Shown: positions 1 through 9,067 of the stretch, piece by piece
Position numbering within the stretch: the first letter of the stretch is position 1
Layout: the number at the start of each line of letters is the position of its first letter
Assembly: GCA_045586685.1 (NCBI GenBank)
Contig: JAZNAU010000025.1
Coordinates: 1 to 64,000, forward strand
Source of the DNA: Clostridia bacterium
GTDB taxonomy: Bacteria; Bacillota; Clostridia; HGM11514
Reading direction: 5' to 3'
Length of the DNA stretch: 64,000 nt
Made by a program: the position numbers and the translations under genes
The notes under the pieces: generated by a model
Databases searched by the model: none
Seen by the model: only the letters and a program-made list of their open reading frames with translations
What the model was told of the DNA's origin: nothing

Positions 1-85
1 AGTTATCGCAGCTCAACAAGTTGATTCGTCAGTATTTCCAACGATAAAGAAATATGCATTTGATAAAAACTACAAAGTAAATTAA
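1..85 (+). CDS. 3' end of an unidentified CDS (partial)
   Basis: Open frame from base 2 reads VIAAQQVDSSVFPTIKKYAFDKNYKVN* (TAA 83-85), followed by a terminator-like hairpin; too short to identify. Confidence 0.4.
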   Translation, partial: VIAAQQVDSSVFPTIKKYAFDKNYKVN

Positions 86-99
86 TTACAATCAAAAGA

Positions 100-135
100 A
101 AAAGCACTTGCAGAAAGAATCATGCAAGTGCTTTT
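100..135 (+). terminator. Intrinsic terminator-like hairpin
   Basis: AAAAGCACTTGCA-N10-TGCAAGTGCTTTT perfect inverted repeat. Confidence 0.7.
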
Positions 136-180
136 ATACTATTTAAGTTTGCTATTAAAATTAGGATAGTCAAGATATAA

Positions 181-226
181 TAGAAATCCGAACCCTTCAC
201 CAATTGGTACAAGGTTCGGATTTCTA
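181..226 (-). terminator. Hairpin just 3' of tRNA-Leu
   Basis: TAGAAATCCGAACC (181-194) / GGTTCGGATTTCTA (213-226), 14-bp perfect inverted repeat. Confidence 0.6.
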
Positions 227-231
227 CTGTT

Positions 232-318
232 TGGTGCGGATAAGAGGACTTGAACCTCCATGAGATTGCTCTCACATGGACCTGAACCATGCGCGTCTGC
301 CAATTCCGCCATATCCGC
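232..318 (-). tRNA. tRNA-Leu(CAG)
   Basis: Minus strand GCGGATATGGCGGAATTGGCAGACGCG-CATGG TT CAG GT CCATG-long variable arm-GGTTCAAGTCC...CGCACCA; cloverleaf with encoded CCA. Confidence 0.97.
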
Positions 319-341
319 ATATTTCCTTAACACATTTATAT

Positions 342-370
342 ATTATAGCAGATAGACGGGCTTTTGTCAA
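342..370 (-). promoter_or_regulatory. sigmaA promoter of tRNA-Leu
   Basis: Minus strand TTGACA-N17-TATAAT with extended -10 TG. Confidence 0.85.
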
Positions 371-386
371 CACTTTTTTTAAAATT

Positions 387-1157
387 TTACATCAACTTTT
401 TCATGTGCTGAATGGCGGCTTTTTCCAATCTGCTCACCTGTGCCTGACTGATACCAATGGAATCTGCCACCTCCATTTGGGTTTTTCCTTCAAAAAAACG
501 CAAAGTGAGAATGTGCTTTTCCCGTGGGTTAAGATGACGCATTGCCTCACGAAGCGCAATTTCTTCAATCCAATTTTCATCTCTGTTTTTTTCGTCACTC
601 ACCTGATCCATGACAAACATGGTGTCTCCTCCGTCGTGATAGACAGGTTCAAACAGAGAAACAGGATCTTGAATAGCATCAAGGGCAAACACCACATCTT
701 CCTTTTCTATGCCCATCTCCTTTACAATTTCTTCAATAGTAGGGTCTCTTGAAAGTAAGAGAGTCAGTTTTTCTTTTGTCTGCAGGGCTTTGTATGCCGT
801 ATCTCTGAGAGAACGGCTGACCCGAATGGCATTGTTGTCCCTGAGATACCGGCGGATTTCTCCGATAATCATGGGAACGGCATAAGTGGAAAATTTTACA
901 TTTTGAGTTACATCGAAATTGTCAATGGATTTTATCAAACCGATGCATCCAATCTGAAACAAATCGTCTGCGCTTTCTCCACGGTTATGAAACCGTTTAA
1001 TCACGCTTAACACCAATCTTAAATTTCCCCGAATAAATTCTTCACGGGCAAGCTTGTCTCCCTTTTGAATCCGGGCAAACAACTTGTCCTTTTCCTCATT
1101 TGTCAATACAGGCAGTTTCGCCGTGTTTACACCGCAAATTTCAACCTTATTGATCAT
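387..1157 (-). CDS. sigG: RNA polymerase sporulation sigma factor SigG
   Basis: N-terminus NKVEICGVNTAKLPVL, GNLRLVLSV, FSTYAVPMIIGEIRRYLRDNN, GISQAQVSRLEK. Confidence 0.97.
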   Translation of the reverse strand: MINKVEICGVNTAKLPVLTNEEKDKLFARIQKGDKLAREEFIRGNLRLVLSVIKRFHNRGESADDLFQIGCIGLIKSIDNFDVTQNVKFSTYAVPMIIGEIRRYLRDNNAIRVSRSLRDTAYKALQTKEKLTLLLSRDPTIEEIVKEMGIEKEDVVFALDAIQDPVSLFEPVYHDGGDTMFVMDQVSDEKNRDENWIEEIALREAMRHLNPREKHILTLRFFEGKTQMEVADSIGISQAQVSRLEKAAIQHMKKLM

Positions 1158-1199
1158 TGATTACCGTCCCTTCTGTGCCGTCATTTTGTTTTCAATTAA

Positions 1200-1228
1200 A
1201 GTATTGACGGAATTTGGAAGGGGTATAC
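1200..1228 (-). promoter_or_regulatory. Putative sigmaF/sigmaG-type promoter of sigG
   Basis: Minus strand GTATA-N17-CAATACT resembles the forespore sigma consensus. Confidence 0.5.
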
Positions 1229-1245
1229 CAAAAATATACAAAAAG

Positions 1246-1274
1246 GGCTGCAGCAAAATTATTTTGCTGCAGCC
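1246..1274. repeat. Palindrome/terminator, copy 1 of a GCTGYAGYAAAA family
   Basis: GGCTGCAGCAAAAT-T-ATTTTGCTGCAGCC downstream of lysC. Confidence 0.7.
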
Positions 1275-1290
1275 ACTTATCCATACATGA

Positions 1291-2496
1291 TTAGATATTA
1301 AATTTATCGTGAATTGCAATAACAGCCTTTTCAGCCAAGCGTTCTTCCACTAGGACAGAGACTTTGATTTCAGAGGTGGAAATCATTTGAATATTGATAT
1401 TGGCATCATACAGTGCCTCGAACATTTTCGCAGCAACACCCGGATTGTTTACCATACCGGAGCCTACGATGGAAACCTTGGAAACATTATCGTCATGGGT
1501 AATATCACTTGCTCCCATACTTTCTTTCGATTCATTCAACACCTTTAAAGCAGCTTCCAGATTGTCACGGGATACGGTGAAGGAAATATCCTTTGTATTG
1601 TTACGACCGATACTCTGTAAGATAATATCTACATTCACACCTTTTTTTGCAAGCATAGAGAAAATTTTAAATGCGGTTCCCGGTTCGTCCGCCAAGCCGA
1701 TAATTGCGATACGGGATACATTATTATCTCTTGCAACACCTCTAACAACCATTTTTTCCACTTTTTTCTCCTCCTTCACAATGGTGCCCGGCACTTTTTC
1801 AAAGCTGGACAATACTTCTAAATTCACATTATATTTTTTTGCCATTTCCACAGAACGGTTATGCAACACATTTGCACCAAGACTTGCAAGCTCCAAAATT
1901 TCGTCATAAGAAATTTCGTCCAGCTTACGAGCGTTCTTCACAATTCTGGGGTCAGCGGTATAAACTCCCGTTACATCTGTATAAATTTCGCACAAGTCAG
2001 CATGAAATGCAGCTGACAAAGCTACGGCAGATGTATCGGATCCGCCTCTGCCCAAGGTTGTAATGTCATCATATTTATTCAATCCCTGAAAGCCGGCTAC
2101 GATTACAATGTTGTTCTTATCCAGTTCTGCGTTAATTCTTTCGGTATTTATGGTTTTAATTCTGGAATTGCTGTAATCAGAGTTGGTCAGGAAGCCTGCC
2201 TGCCAGCCGGTGAGAGAAATTACCGGATAGCCCATATTTTCCAAGGTCATTGCCAACAAGGAAATGGTGATTTGTTCTCCTGTAGAAAGGAGCATATCCA
2301 TTTCCCTTTTTGAGGGTTTGGGATTCACCTCTTTTGCTTTTTCAATTAAATCGTCTGTGGTATCCCCTTGGGCGGACACTACAACGATGACTTGGTCCCC
2401 ATTATCATAGGATTCCACAATTCGGTTAGCAACATTTTTTAGTTTGTCTGCATCTGCCACCGAACTGCCGCCGAATTTTTTTACGATAAGACTCAC
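1291..2496 (-). CDS. lysC: Aspartate kinase
   Basis: VKKFGGSSV, VVVSAQGDTTD, TTLGRGGSDTSA, two C-terminal ACT domains (ISTSEIKVS). Confidence 0.96.
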   Translation of the reverse strand: MSLIVKKFGGSSVADADKLKNVANRIVESYDNGDQVIVVVSAQGDTTDDLIEKAKEVNPKPSKREMDMLLSTGEQITISLLAMTLENMGYPVISLTGWQAGFLTNSDYSNSRIKTINTERINAELDKNNIVIVAGFQGLNKYDDITTLGRGGSDTSAVALSAAFHADLCEIYTDVTGVYTADPRIVKNARKLDEISYDEILELASLGANVLHNRSVEMAKKYNVNLEVLSSFEKVPGTIVKEEKKVEKMVVRGVARDNNVSRIAIIGLADEPGTAFKIFSMLAKKGVNVDIILQSIGRNNTKDISFTVSRDNLEAALKVLNESKESMGASDITHDDNVSKVSIVGSGMVNNPGVAAKMFEALYDANINIQMISTSEIKVSVLVEERLAEKAVIAIHDKFNI

Positions 2497-2511
2497 AATC
2501 GTATCCTCCTT

Positions 2512-3732
2512 TTAATTTTCCTTCAATACACGGATTGTGGAAAGAACTTTCATTCCTTTTCCTTCCAGCTCCAAAATAGAGTTGGAAAGCACACCGTCTT
2601 TTCCAACAGGAGTCATAAAAGCCATGTTGTCTCCTGCAGAAATGACTTCCGTATTTCCAAACAGGGAAGAAATGCTTTCTTTTGCAGTTTCATTTCCCGT
2701 TACACGAACATAATATGCTAAAGTATCTTCTTTGTAATCCAGAATAAAGTTTTCTTCTGTCTTATTCCAGATTAAGGGTTTGTTCCGATCGATATTACGG
2801 GCACTGTCAATCATATCGGCAACAACTGCACTGGCGGTAGGAAGCTTTCCTGCGCCTCTGCCGTAGAACATCAGTTCACCAACAGCACCGCCCTTGACAA
2901 AGATACCGTTGAACACACTTTCCACACCTGACAGGGGATGATCCTTTGGAATCATCATAGGAGAAACTCTGACAATAATGCCCTCATCTGTCTTTTTAAA
3001 ACAACCCAGCAACTTGATGACATAGCCCATACGGGACGCAAATTCTACATCTTCTAATGTAATACGGGTGATGCCCTCGGTGTGAATCAAATTACAATCC
3101 ACATTTTTATGGCATGCCAGAGATGCTAAAATAGCAATCTTACGGCAAGCATCGTATCCTAAAATATCGGCATCGGGATTCTGTTCCGCATAGCCGTTTT
3201 CCTGTGCCTTTTTCAAAGCTTCCTCAAAACTGTCGCCCTCGGAAATCATCTGTGTTAAGATATAGTTAGTGGTACCGTTTAAGATTCCTAAGATTTCATA
3301 AATGTCATTTGCCGCCAAACAAGAGGTCAAGGGACGAATAATGGGAATGCCACCCCCAACGCTGGCTTCAAACATATAGTTAATATTTTTTTCTCGTGCC
3401 AGCTGCAACAGCTCTGCACCGTGGGTTGCCACCAGCTCTTTATTGGAAGTAACGACGTGCTTTCCAGCTTCCAATGCTTGCTTTGTATATTCATAAGCCG
3501 GATGCAGACCGCCCATTACCTCTGCCACAACGCTGACTTCAGGGTCGTCTATAATATCCTGATAATCCTTTGTGAACAGGTGGCTGTGAGGCAACTCGGG
3601 GAAATCACGCAAATCCAGAATGTGCTTTACATCCATCCGTTTTGCTTCGTCACTGCTGTTGCGGTTATTCATAATTACTTCGTAAACACCGGAGCCAACA
3701 GTACCGTACCCCAGTATTGCAACCTTAATCAT
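2512..3732 (-). CDS. hom: Homoserine dehydrogenase
   Basis: GYGTVGSG, VVTSNK, FEASVGGGIP, GILNGTTNYIL, GRGAGKLPTASAV. Confidence 0.96.
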   Translation of the reverse strand: MIKVAILGYGTVGSGVYEVIMNNRNSSDEAKRMDVKHILDLRDFPELPHSHLFTKDYQDIIDDPEVSVVAEVMGGLHPAYEYTKQALEAGKHVVTSNKELVATHGAELLQLAREKNINYMFEASVGGGIPIIRPLTSCLAANDIYEILGILNGTTNYILTQMISEGDSFEEALKKAQENGYAEQNPDADILGYDACRKIAILASLACHKNVDCNLIHTEGITRITLEDVEFASRMGYVIKLLGCFKKTDEGIIVRVSPMMIPKDHPLSGVESVFNGIFVKGGAVGELMFYGRGAGKLPTASAVVADMIDSARNIDRNKPLIWNKTEENFILDYKEDTLAYYVRVTGNETAKESISSLFGNTEVISAGDNMAFMTPVGKDGVLSNSILELEGKGMKVLSTIRVLKEN

Positions 3733-3930
3733 GTGAAATAGCCTCCTACATCGAAGTTTTTACTATTTTGTAATTTTCTTTCTATTATATCATAGAATGA
3801 ATCGTCTTAGCAAGTCTTATTTGAAAAAAATTGAAATAAAAAATATCAATTTTTTCTTGGCTTTTTTCAATTTTTTTGATATAATAGTAGAAAAGAATGT
3901 TGTTTTACGATAAAAGGATGTGATTGAAGG

Positions 3931-5130
3931 ATGAAATATGTTGTCTTTTTAGGAGATGGAATGGCGGATTTTCCTTGTGATACTCTGGGAGGGAAAACTC
4001 CTTTGCAGGTGGCAAACAAACCCATGATGGATGCGATTGCGGCACAAGGCTCTGTTGGAATGGTGAAAACGGTTCCGGAGGGATTCAAACCGGGGAGCGA
4101 TGTGGCAAACCTTTCGGTTATGGGTTTTGATCCTGAACAGTGTTATACCGGTCGTTCTCCTTTGGAGGCGGCAAGCATCGGAGTGGAGATGAAGGAAGGA
4201 GATGTGTCCTTCCGCTGTAATCTGGTAACACTGTCTGACGAAGAACCATACAGTAAAAAAACCATGGTAGATTACAGTGCGGATGAAATTTCCACTCAAG
4301 AAGCCCATGAATTGATTTCCTGTGTAAATGAAGCTTTTAAAACGGAGGAATTATCTTATTTTGGAGGAATCAGTTATCGGCATCTTCTCCTTTGGCACGG
4401 AGTACAATTTGAGTTTGAATTAACTCCCCCTCACGATATTTCCGGTCGGACGATCGGGGAATACTTACCCAACAATCCTGTGATTGTGGATATGATGGAA
4501 AAAAGCTATGAGATTTTAAAGAATCATCCGGTCAATCAGGCAAGAATTGCAAGAGGAAAACGACCTGCTAACTCTATCTGGATTTGGGGGCAGGGGACGA
4601 AACCGGGTCTTTCTCCTTTTATGGAGCTGTACGGTAAAAAAGGAACGGTTATATCTGCCGTCGACCTGATTAAAGGAATTGCCAAATGTGCTCAGATGGA
4701 ATCTATTGATGTGCCGGGGGCAACGGGAAATGTGGATACTGATTTTGAAGGAAAGGCACAAGCTGCGATTGATGCCCTTTCCCGCGGTCAGGAATTTGTT
4801 TACATTCATGTGGAAGCGGCAGACGAAAGCGGTCATCGGTTTGAGCAGGAAAATAAAATTAAGTCCATTGAGCTGATTGATAAAAAAATTATTCGTCCTG
4901 TATGGGAGTATCTGAAAGAAAGCGGCGAGGACTACAAATTGCTTGTTTTGCCTGATCATCCAACGCCTCTTGCTCTGGGAACTCATACTTCCGATCCTGT
5001 TCCCTTTGCTATGTTTGACAGCAGACGAAAAGAAGAAAATAATGTGACTTATGATGAAGCAAGCGGAGAAAGGAGCGGCGTAACGGTTACACCGGGATTC
5101 CGGTTAATGGCAGAATTTTTGAAAGATTAA
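3931..5130 (+). CDS. apgM: Cofactor-independent phosphoglycerate mutase, ApgM family (proposed homoserine kinase subfamily)
   Basis: GDGMAD, GKTPLQ, PGSDVAN, YTGRSPLEAAS, HVEAADESGH, PDHPTP, HTSDPVP. Confidence 0.88.
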   Translation: MKYVVFLGDGMADFPCDTLGGKTPLQVANKPMMDAIAAQGSVGMVKTVPEGFKPGSDVANLSVMGFDPEQCYTGRSPLEAASIGVEMKEGDVSFRCNLVTLSDEEPYSKKTMVDYSADEISTQEAHELISCVNEAFKTEELSYFGGISYRHLLLWHGVQFEFELTPPHDISGRTIGEYLPNNPVIVDMMEKSYEILKNHPVNQARIARGKRPANSIWIWGQGTKPGLSPFMELYGKKGTVISAVDLIKGIAKCAQMESIDVPGATGNVDTDFEGKAQAAIDALSRGQEFVYIHVEAADESGHRFEQENKIKSIELIDKKIIRPVWEYLKESGEDYKLLVLPDHPTPLALGTHTSDPVPFAMFDSRRKEENNVTYDEASGERSGVTVTPGFRLMAEFLKD

Positions 5131-5142
5131 AGGAGGGGTTTG

Positions 5143-6225
5143 ATGCCTAAATTACCCTTAGAAAAACATTTTCGATTTGCCTTTTTGTTGTTTTATATTA
5201 TATTGGGGTGTTTGGTTGCCTATTTCTTTTTTACTAAGATGATAGGGTGGTTTTTGCCCTTCTTATTGGCGGTATTGTTCGCCTGGATGGCAGAGCCACT
5301 GGTGAAATTTTTAGAGAAAAAGGTGAAAGTTCCGAGAAAACTTTCCTCTATTGTGTCTATTTTAGTGGTCATCAGTCTGATTATACTAGTGTTTTTTTTG
5401 GTAGGGAAACGGTTGATAATGGAAATCAGCTCCTTGGCAGAATATATGCCTTATCTGATGGATCGGCTGCCCTATGCTTTTAATACCATTGAAGAAAAGA
5501 TTCATATGCTCAATCACTATGTAAGTGATTTCGGTTTTGATGTGGAATTGGAAAACCTGATTGCAACCGCTTTGGAAAATCTGTCAGGGGTTCTAACTTC
5601 CCTGACCACGGTGGCAGGGTCTTTTGCTTACAGAATCGTAAAAAGACTCCCCTCTCTTTTGGTGGGAATTTTGGTATTTTTGATTGCCACTTATTTTATT
5701 AGCAGTGATAAAGAGAAAATTTTAGGATTTTTGAATCGGCAAATTACAGAAAAATGGAGATTAAGATTCAAGGAAATCAAAGGATATTTGTCGGGTGCCT
5801 TTTTCAAATATGTTAAGGCTCAGCTGATTCTGATGTCCATTACCTTTGGAGAGCTTTTGATTGCATTTGCCATTATTGGTGTGAAATCTCCTTTCATATT
5901 TGCTCTCGTTTTGGCGGTGGTGGATATGCTTCCCATTCTGGGAACGGGAACAGTGTTGATACCATGGGCATTGGGTGCTTTGTTATTGAGTGATTATAAG
6001 TTAGCAATAGGGCTGATTATTACCTACGGAGTTTGCCTGATTATGCGACAGATTTTAGAACCTAAAGTGGTCAGCGGGCAGATTGGGATTCATCCCCTCC
6101 TGACCTTGATGGCGCTGTATATAGGATTGAAAATATTGGGTATTTTTGGAATGTTGCTGGGTGTGATTGTTCTGATTCTGATTATCAATCTCCATCATTC
6201 CGGAGCAATAAAATTGTGGAAATAA
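5143..6225 (+). CDS. ytvI: Sporulation integral membrane protein YtvI (AI-2E family)
   Basis: Multi-TM; LPFLLA, DMLPILGTGTVLIPW, RQILEPKVVSGQIGIHPLLTL; RBS AGGAGG. Confidence 0.88.
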   Translation: MPKLPLEKHFRFAFLLFYIILGCLVAYFFFTKMIGWFLPFLLAVLFAWMAEPLVKFLEKKVKVPRKLSSIVSILVVISLIILVFFLVGKRLIMEISSLAEYMPYLMDRLPYAFNTIEEKIHMLNHYVSDFGFDVELENLIATALENLSGVLTSLTTVAGSFAYRIVKRLPSLLVGILVFLIATYFISSDKEKILGFLNRQITEKWRLRFKEIKGYLSGAFFKYVKAQLILMSITFGELLIAFAIIGVKSPFIFALVLAVVDMLPILGTGTVLIPWALGALLLSDYKLAIGLIITYGVCLIMRQILEPKVVSGQIGIHPLLTLMALYIGLKILGIFGMLLGVIVLILIINLHHSGAIKLWK

Positions 6226-6253
6226 AAAAGGAAGGGGCAATCTCCCTCCTTTT

Positions 6254-6835
6254 TTATTTCCCTTCGATAAAATATGTAGCCTCCATATCTGCCGTTGCAA
6301 GGGCAAAGGCAAGGGGGAACTGTTCAAAAGCATTGCTTACGTTACGGATGTCCTCTGTTCCGGAAAATCCCATGTGATAACGAATGGCAAAGGCTTCTTC
6401 TCGGGTCAGCCTCATAAAGCCGTTAATAATATAAACCGATTTTTCGCCGTGTCCATAGGGAAGTTTGTCGTCAAACTCGTAAGTGGGCACCTTTTGCCAC
6501 ACTCCTTTGTCATCCTTTACATTGCGAAATCCGGGCTTATAACAGTTGACTTTGCAAACATCATGGAGCAGGGCGCTGATGGCAATAGTTTCCTCTGATA
6601 CAGTCAGACCGTAAGTTTCTTTTACTCTGGGACGGCTTAGATAATCCTTCAGACATTCATATACATTGATGCTGTGTTCTACCAAGCCTCCTTCGTAAGC
6701 ACCATGAAACCGTGTGCTGGCAGGGGCAGTAAAGAAATCACTGGAAGGTGAGAGGAGATAGTCTAAAAGCTGGTCGGCACCCTCTCTTGTAATATAGGTT
6801 TTATAATAGTCAAGAAATTTTTCTTTATGGCTCAT
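6254..6835 (-). CDS. HD-domain hydrolase
   Basis: APASTRFHGAYEGGLVEHS, ALLHDVCK, GHGEKS, AIRYHMG, AD motifs. Confidence 0.85.
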   Translation of the reverse strand: MSHKEKFLDYYKTYITREGADQLLDYLLSPSSDFFTAPASTRFHGAYEGGLVEHSINVYECLKDYLSRPRVKETYGLTVSEETIAISALLHDVCKVNCYKPGFRNVKDDKGVWQKVPTYEFDDKLPYGHGEKSVYIINGFMRLTREEAFAIRYHMGFSGTEDIRNVSNAFEQFPLAFALATADMEATYFIEGK

Positions 6836-6896
6836 GTTCGGTTCCTCCTTTTCACATTTGTAATTGTATCACATTCCTTTTTGTTTTACAAGTCAT

Positions 6897-7253
6897 TTAT
6901 GCAAAAAACATCCGGATTGCTGCTGCAATCATCATAATACCGAACAACCTTGTGACCCAGAGTGCAGACAATTTTTTTAATAGTTTTGCTCCTGTCAAGC
7001 CTCCGACAATACCTCCGACGCTTGTCCAAAGAGCAGTATCCATGGGGATATGGGCTTTGAATAAATAGATGATAAGACTGATGACTGACAAGGGGAAAAT
7101 AACCATCAGTGCAGATGCATGAGCCTTTTTGGTTTCCAGACCAAATACTTTTTTTAATACCAACACCGCTGCAACACCGCCACCTGAGCCAAACAAGCCG
7201 TTAAGCACTCCGGTAATACTGCCGAATAACAGATATTTTCCGAATTTCTTCAT
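6897..7253 (-). CDS. Half-size TauE/SafE family membrane protein
   Basis: GVLNGLFGSGGG signature; start moved to MKKFGK at 7253 (RBS AAGGAG, overlaps upstream stop). Confidence 0.8.
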   Translation of the reverse strand: MKKFGKYLLFGSITGVLNGLFGSGGGVAAVLVLKKVFGLETKKAHASALMVIFPLSVISLIIYLFKAHIPMDTALWTSVGGIVGGLTGAKLLKKLSALWVTRLFGIMMIAAAIRMFFA

Positions 7254-7609
7254 TTCTTTTTCTCCTTTTTGGTTAACAACTCGTGTACTCCCATCAAAAG
7301 TAAAAATACAGCAAACAGCTTTCGTAACAATCCCGGGGAAAGGGTTACTGCAATCCATCCGCCCAATAGGCTTCCTGGAATGGCACAGGCAACCAAAGTC
7401 AGTGCAGGACGAAATTCAATTTGTTTGTTTTTTATGTGCACCAGCAAAGCGGCAATGGCGGTAGGAAGAAAGTAAAATAAATTGATCCCCTGTGCAGATT
7501 GCTGTTCAATATGCAGAAAAATGGCAAGCAAAGGAATCAGTATTACACCGCCGCCGATTCCCATACCGCTGATAATTCCGCTGAAAAATCCAAATAACGC
7601 TCCCAGCAA
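7250..7609 (-). CDS. Half-size TauE/SafE family membrane protein
   Basis: SGMGIGGGVILIP, QQSAQGINL, hydrophobic. Confidence 0.82.
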   Translation of the reverse strand: MLGALFGFFSGIISGMGIGGGVILIPLLAIFLHIEQQSAQGINLFYFLPTAIAALLVHIKNKQIEFRPALTLVACAIPGSLLGGWIAVTLSPGLLRKLFAVFLLLMGVHELLTKKEKKK

Positions 7610-7733
7610 GTGTAATCACCTCCCTGTTAATATAAACAAATTAACGTAAAGTATGAAAAAATTCATAAAAAATATTGTCAAAATCAAAAAAATATGTTAT
7701 AATTAGATTAGAAAAAAAGACAGGGGGGGTTTT

Positions 7734-8063
7734 ATGAAATTAATTCTTGCGATTGTGCACGATATTGATGGGAACAATTTGATGTCCGCTTTGAATAAAG
7801 AGGGATATTCTGTGACCAAGCTTGCAACCACAGGCGGTTTTTTGAAAGCCGGCAATACCACTTTGATGGTTGGTGTTAGCGATGAAAATGCGGAAGCGGT
7901 TATTGATGTGATTCGTACGAAGTGCGAAAGAAGAAAACGTATGGTGGTAAACCCCAATGTGATGGGAAATATTGAAAGCAGTTTGGATTCCTTTCCCATC
8001 GAAATTGATGTAGGGGGTGCAACCGTCTTTGTTCTTGATGTTGACCGGTTTGAAAAAATTTAG
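7734..8063 (+). CDS. darA: PII-like cyclic-di-AMP receptor (DarA/PstA/YaaQ)
   Basis: MKLILAIV, TKLATTGGFLKAGNTTLMVGV, VGGATVFV; upstream of holB as in Bacillus. Confidence 0.92.
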   Translation: MKLILAIVHDIDGNNLMSALNKEGYSVTKLATTGGFLKAGNTTLMVGVSDENAEAVIDVIRTKCERRKRMVVNPNVMGNIESSLDSFPIEIDVGGATVFVLDVDRFEKI

Positions 8064-8071
8064 GAGTTTTC

Positions 8072-9067
8072 ATGAGTAAGTTATTCGGACATGGTCATAT
8101 TTTGCAGAGCTTAGCCGATGGAGTAAGAAGCCGTCGGCTAAGCCATGCTTATTTATTCGAGGGGGCAGAGGGAATCGGGAAAATGACAACGGTTCACCAG
8201 CTTTCTCGTCTTTTGCTATGCAAAAAAGGTGGTGACTGCGGGGTATGTGATCATTGCCTAAAATTAAAGGCGGGTTCGCATCCTGATTTCATTGTTGCCG
8301 ATGAGAATTATTTTTTAGCAGAGAAGGTAAAACCGGGCTCGGTGGATGCCATGCGGATTTTGCGTCAGGATGCTTACAGTAAGCCCTTTATGGGTGAATG
8401 GAAGCTATTTGTCATTCCCCATGCGGACGAAATGCTGGAGCCTGCTCAGAACAGTCTCTTGAAAATATTAGAGGAACCACCCTATTACTGTGTGTTTGTA
8501 CTGTTGTGCAAGAATGCGGGAAAGGTACTGGAAACAGTTCGTTCCAGAAGTGTTTTACTGCGGTTTTTACCCTTGGATGATGAGGATATGGCAGCATTTT
8601 TACGAAGCCGCTATGATGAAAACAAGGCGGCTAAGCTTTTGCGTCCATCGGGAGGAATTCCGGGCCGTGCATTGCAGATTGCGGAGGATGAGTCCTTTTT
8701 GCCCAGAAGGGAAACAGCATCAGAACTGTTTTGTTTGTTCTTTGAAAAAGGCGATTTACTTCCTTTAAGCACCTTTTTTGAAAAAGAAAAGGATTTGTGG
8801 GAAGAGATTATAGACGGGTTGATTGATTTAACGGCAGAGGCAATAGAATGCTCCGCTTGCGGGAAGGGCGGGTCGTCGTTTGCAAGAAGACTTTCCAATT
8901 TATTGGATTTAAAATCCCTGCTGAGAGTTTTTGATGTGTTGCAAAGATCGGCAATGAGGTTGCGGGGAGATGAACTTTTCGGAAATCTAAAGGTAAACTT
9001 TTCGCTGGCGGTAACGGATTTGTTATGTGAGTGTCTGGCGGCGGGAAAGGAGAATAAAAATGCTTGA
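8072..9067 (+). CDS. holB: DNA polymerase III subunit delta'
   Basis: SHAYLFEGAEGIGK, CGVCDHC zinc module, HPD, AQNSLLKILEEPP, TVRSR. Confidence 0.9.
   Translation: MSKLFGHGHILQSLADGVRSRRLSHAYLFEGAEGIGKMTTVHQLSRLLLCKKGGDCGVCDHCLKLKAGSHPDFIVADENYFLAEKVKPGSVDAMRILRQDAYSKPFMGEWKLFVIPHADEMLEPAQNSLLKILEEPPYYCVFVLLCKNAGKVLETVRSRSVLLRFLPLDDEDMAAFLRSRYDENKAAKLLRPSGGIPGRALQIAEDESFLPRRETASELFCLFFEKGDLLPLSTFFEKEKDLWEEIIDGLIDLTAEAIECSACGKGGSSFARRLSNLLDLKSLLRVFDVLQRSAMRLRGDELFGNLKVNFSLAVTDLLCECLAAGKENKNA

Noticed and set aside
120-333. ORFs 120..320 and 139..333 (-)
   Set aside because: They are translations through tRNA-Leu
3733-3930. Lysine riboswitch or T-box before hom-lysC
   Set aside because: Spacer is short and AT-rich with no matching motifs
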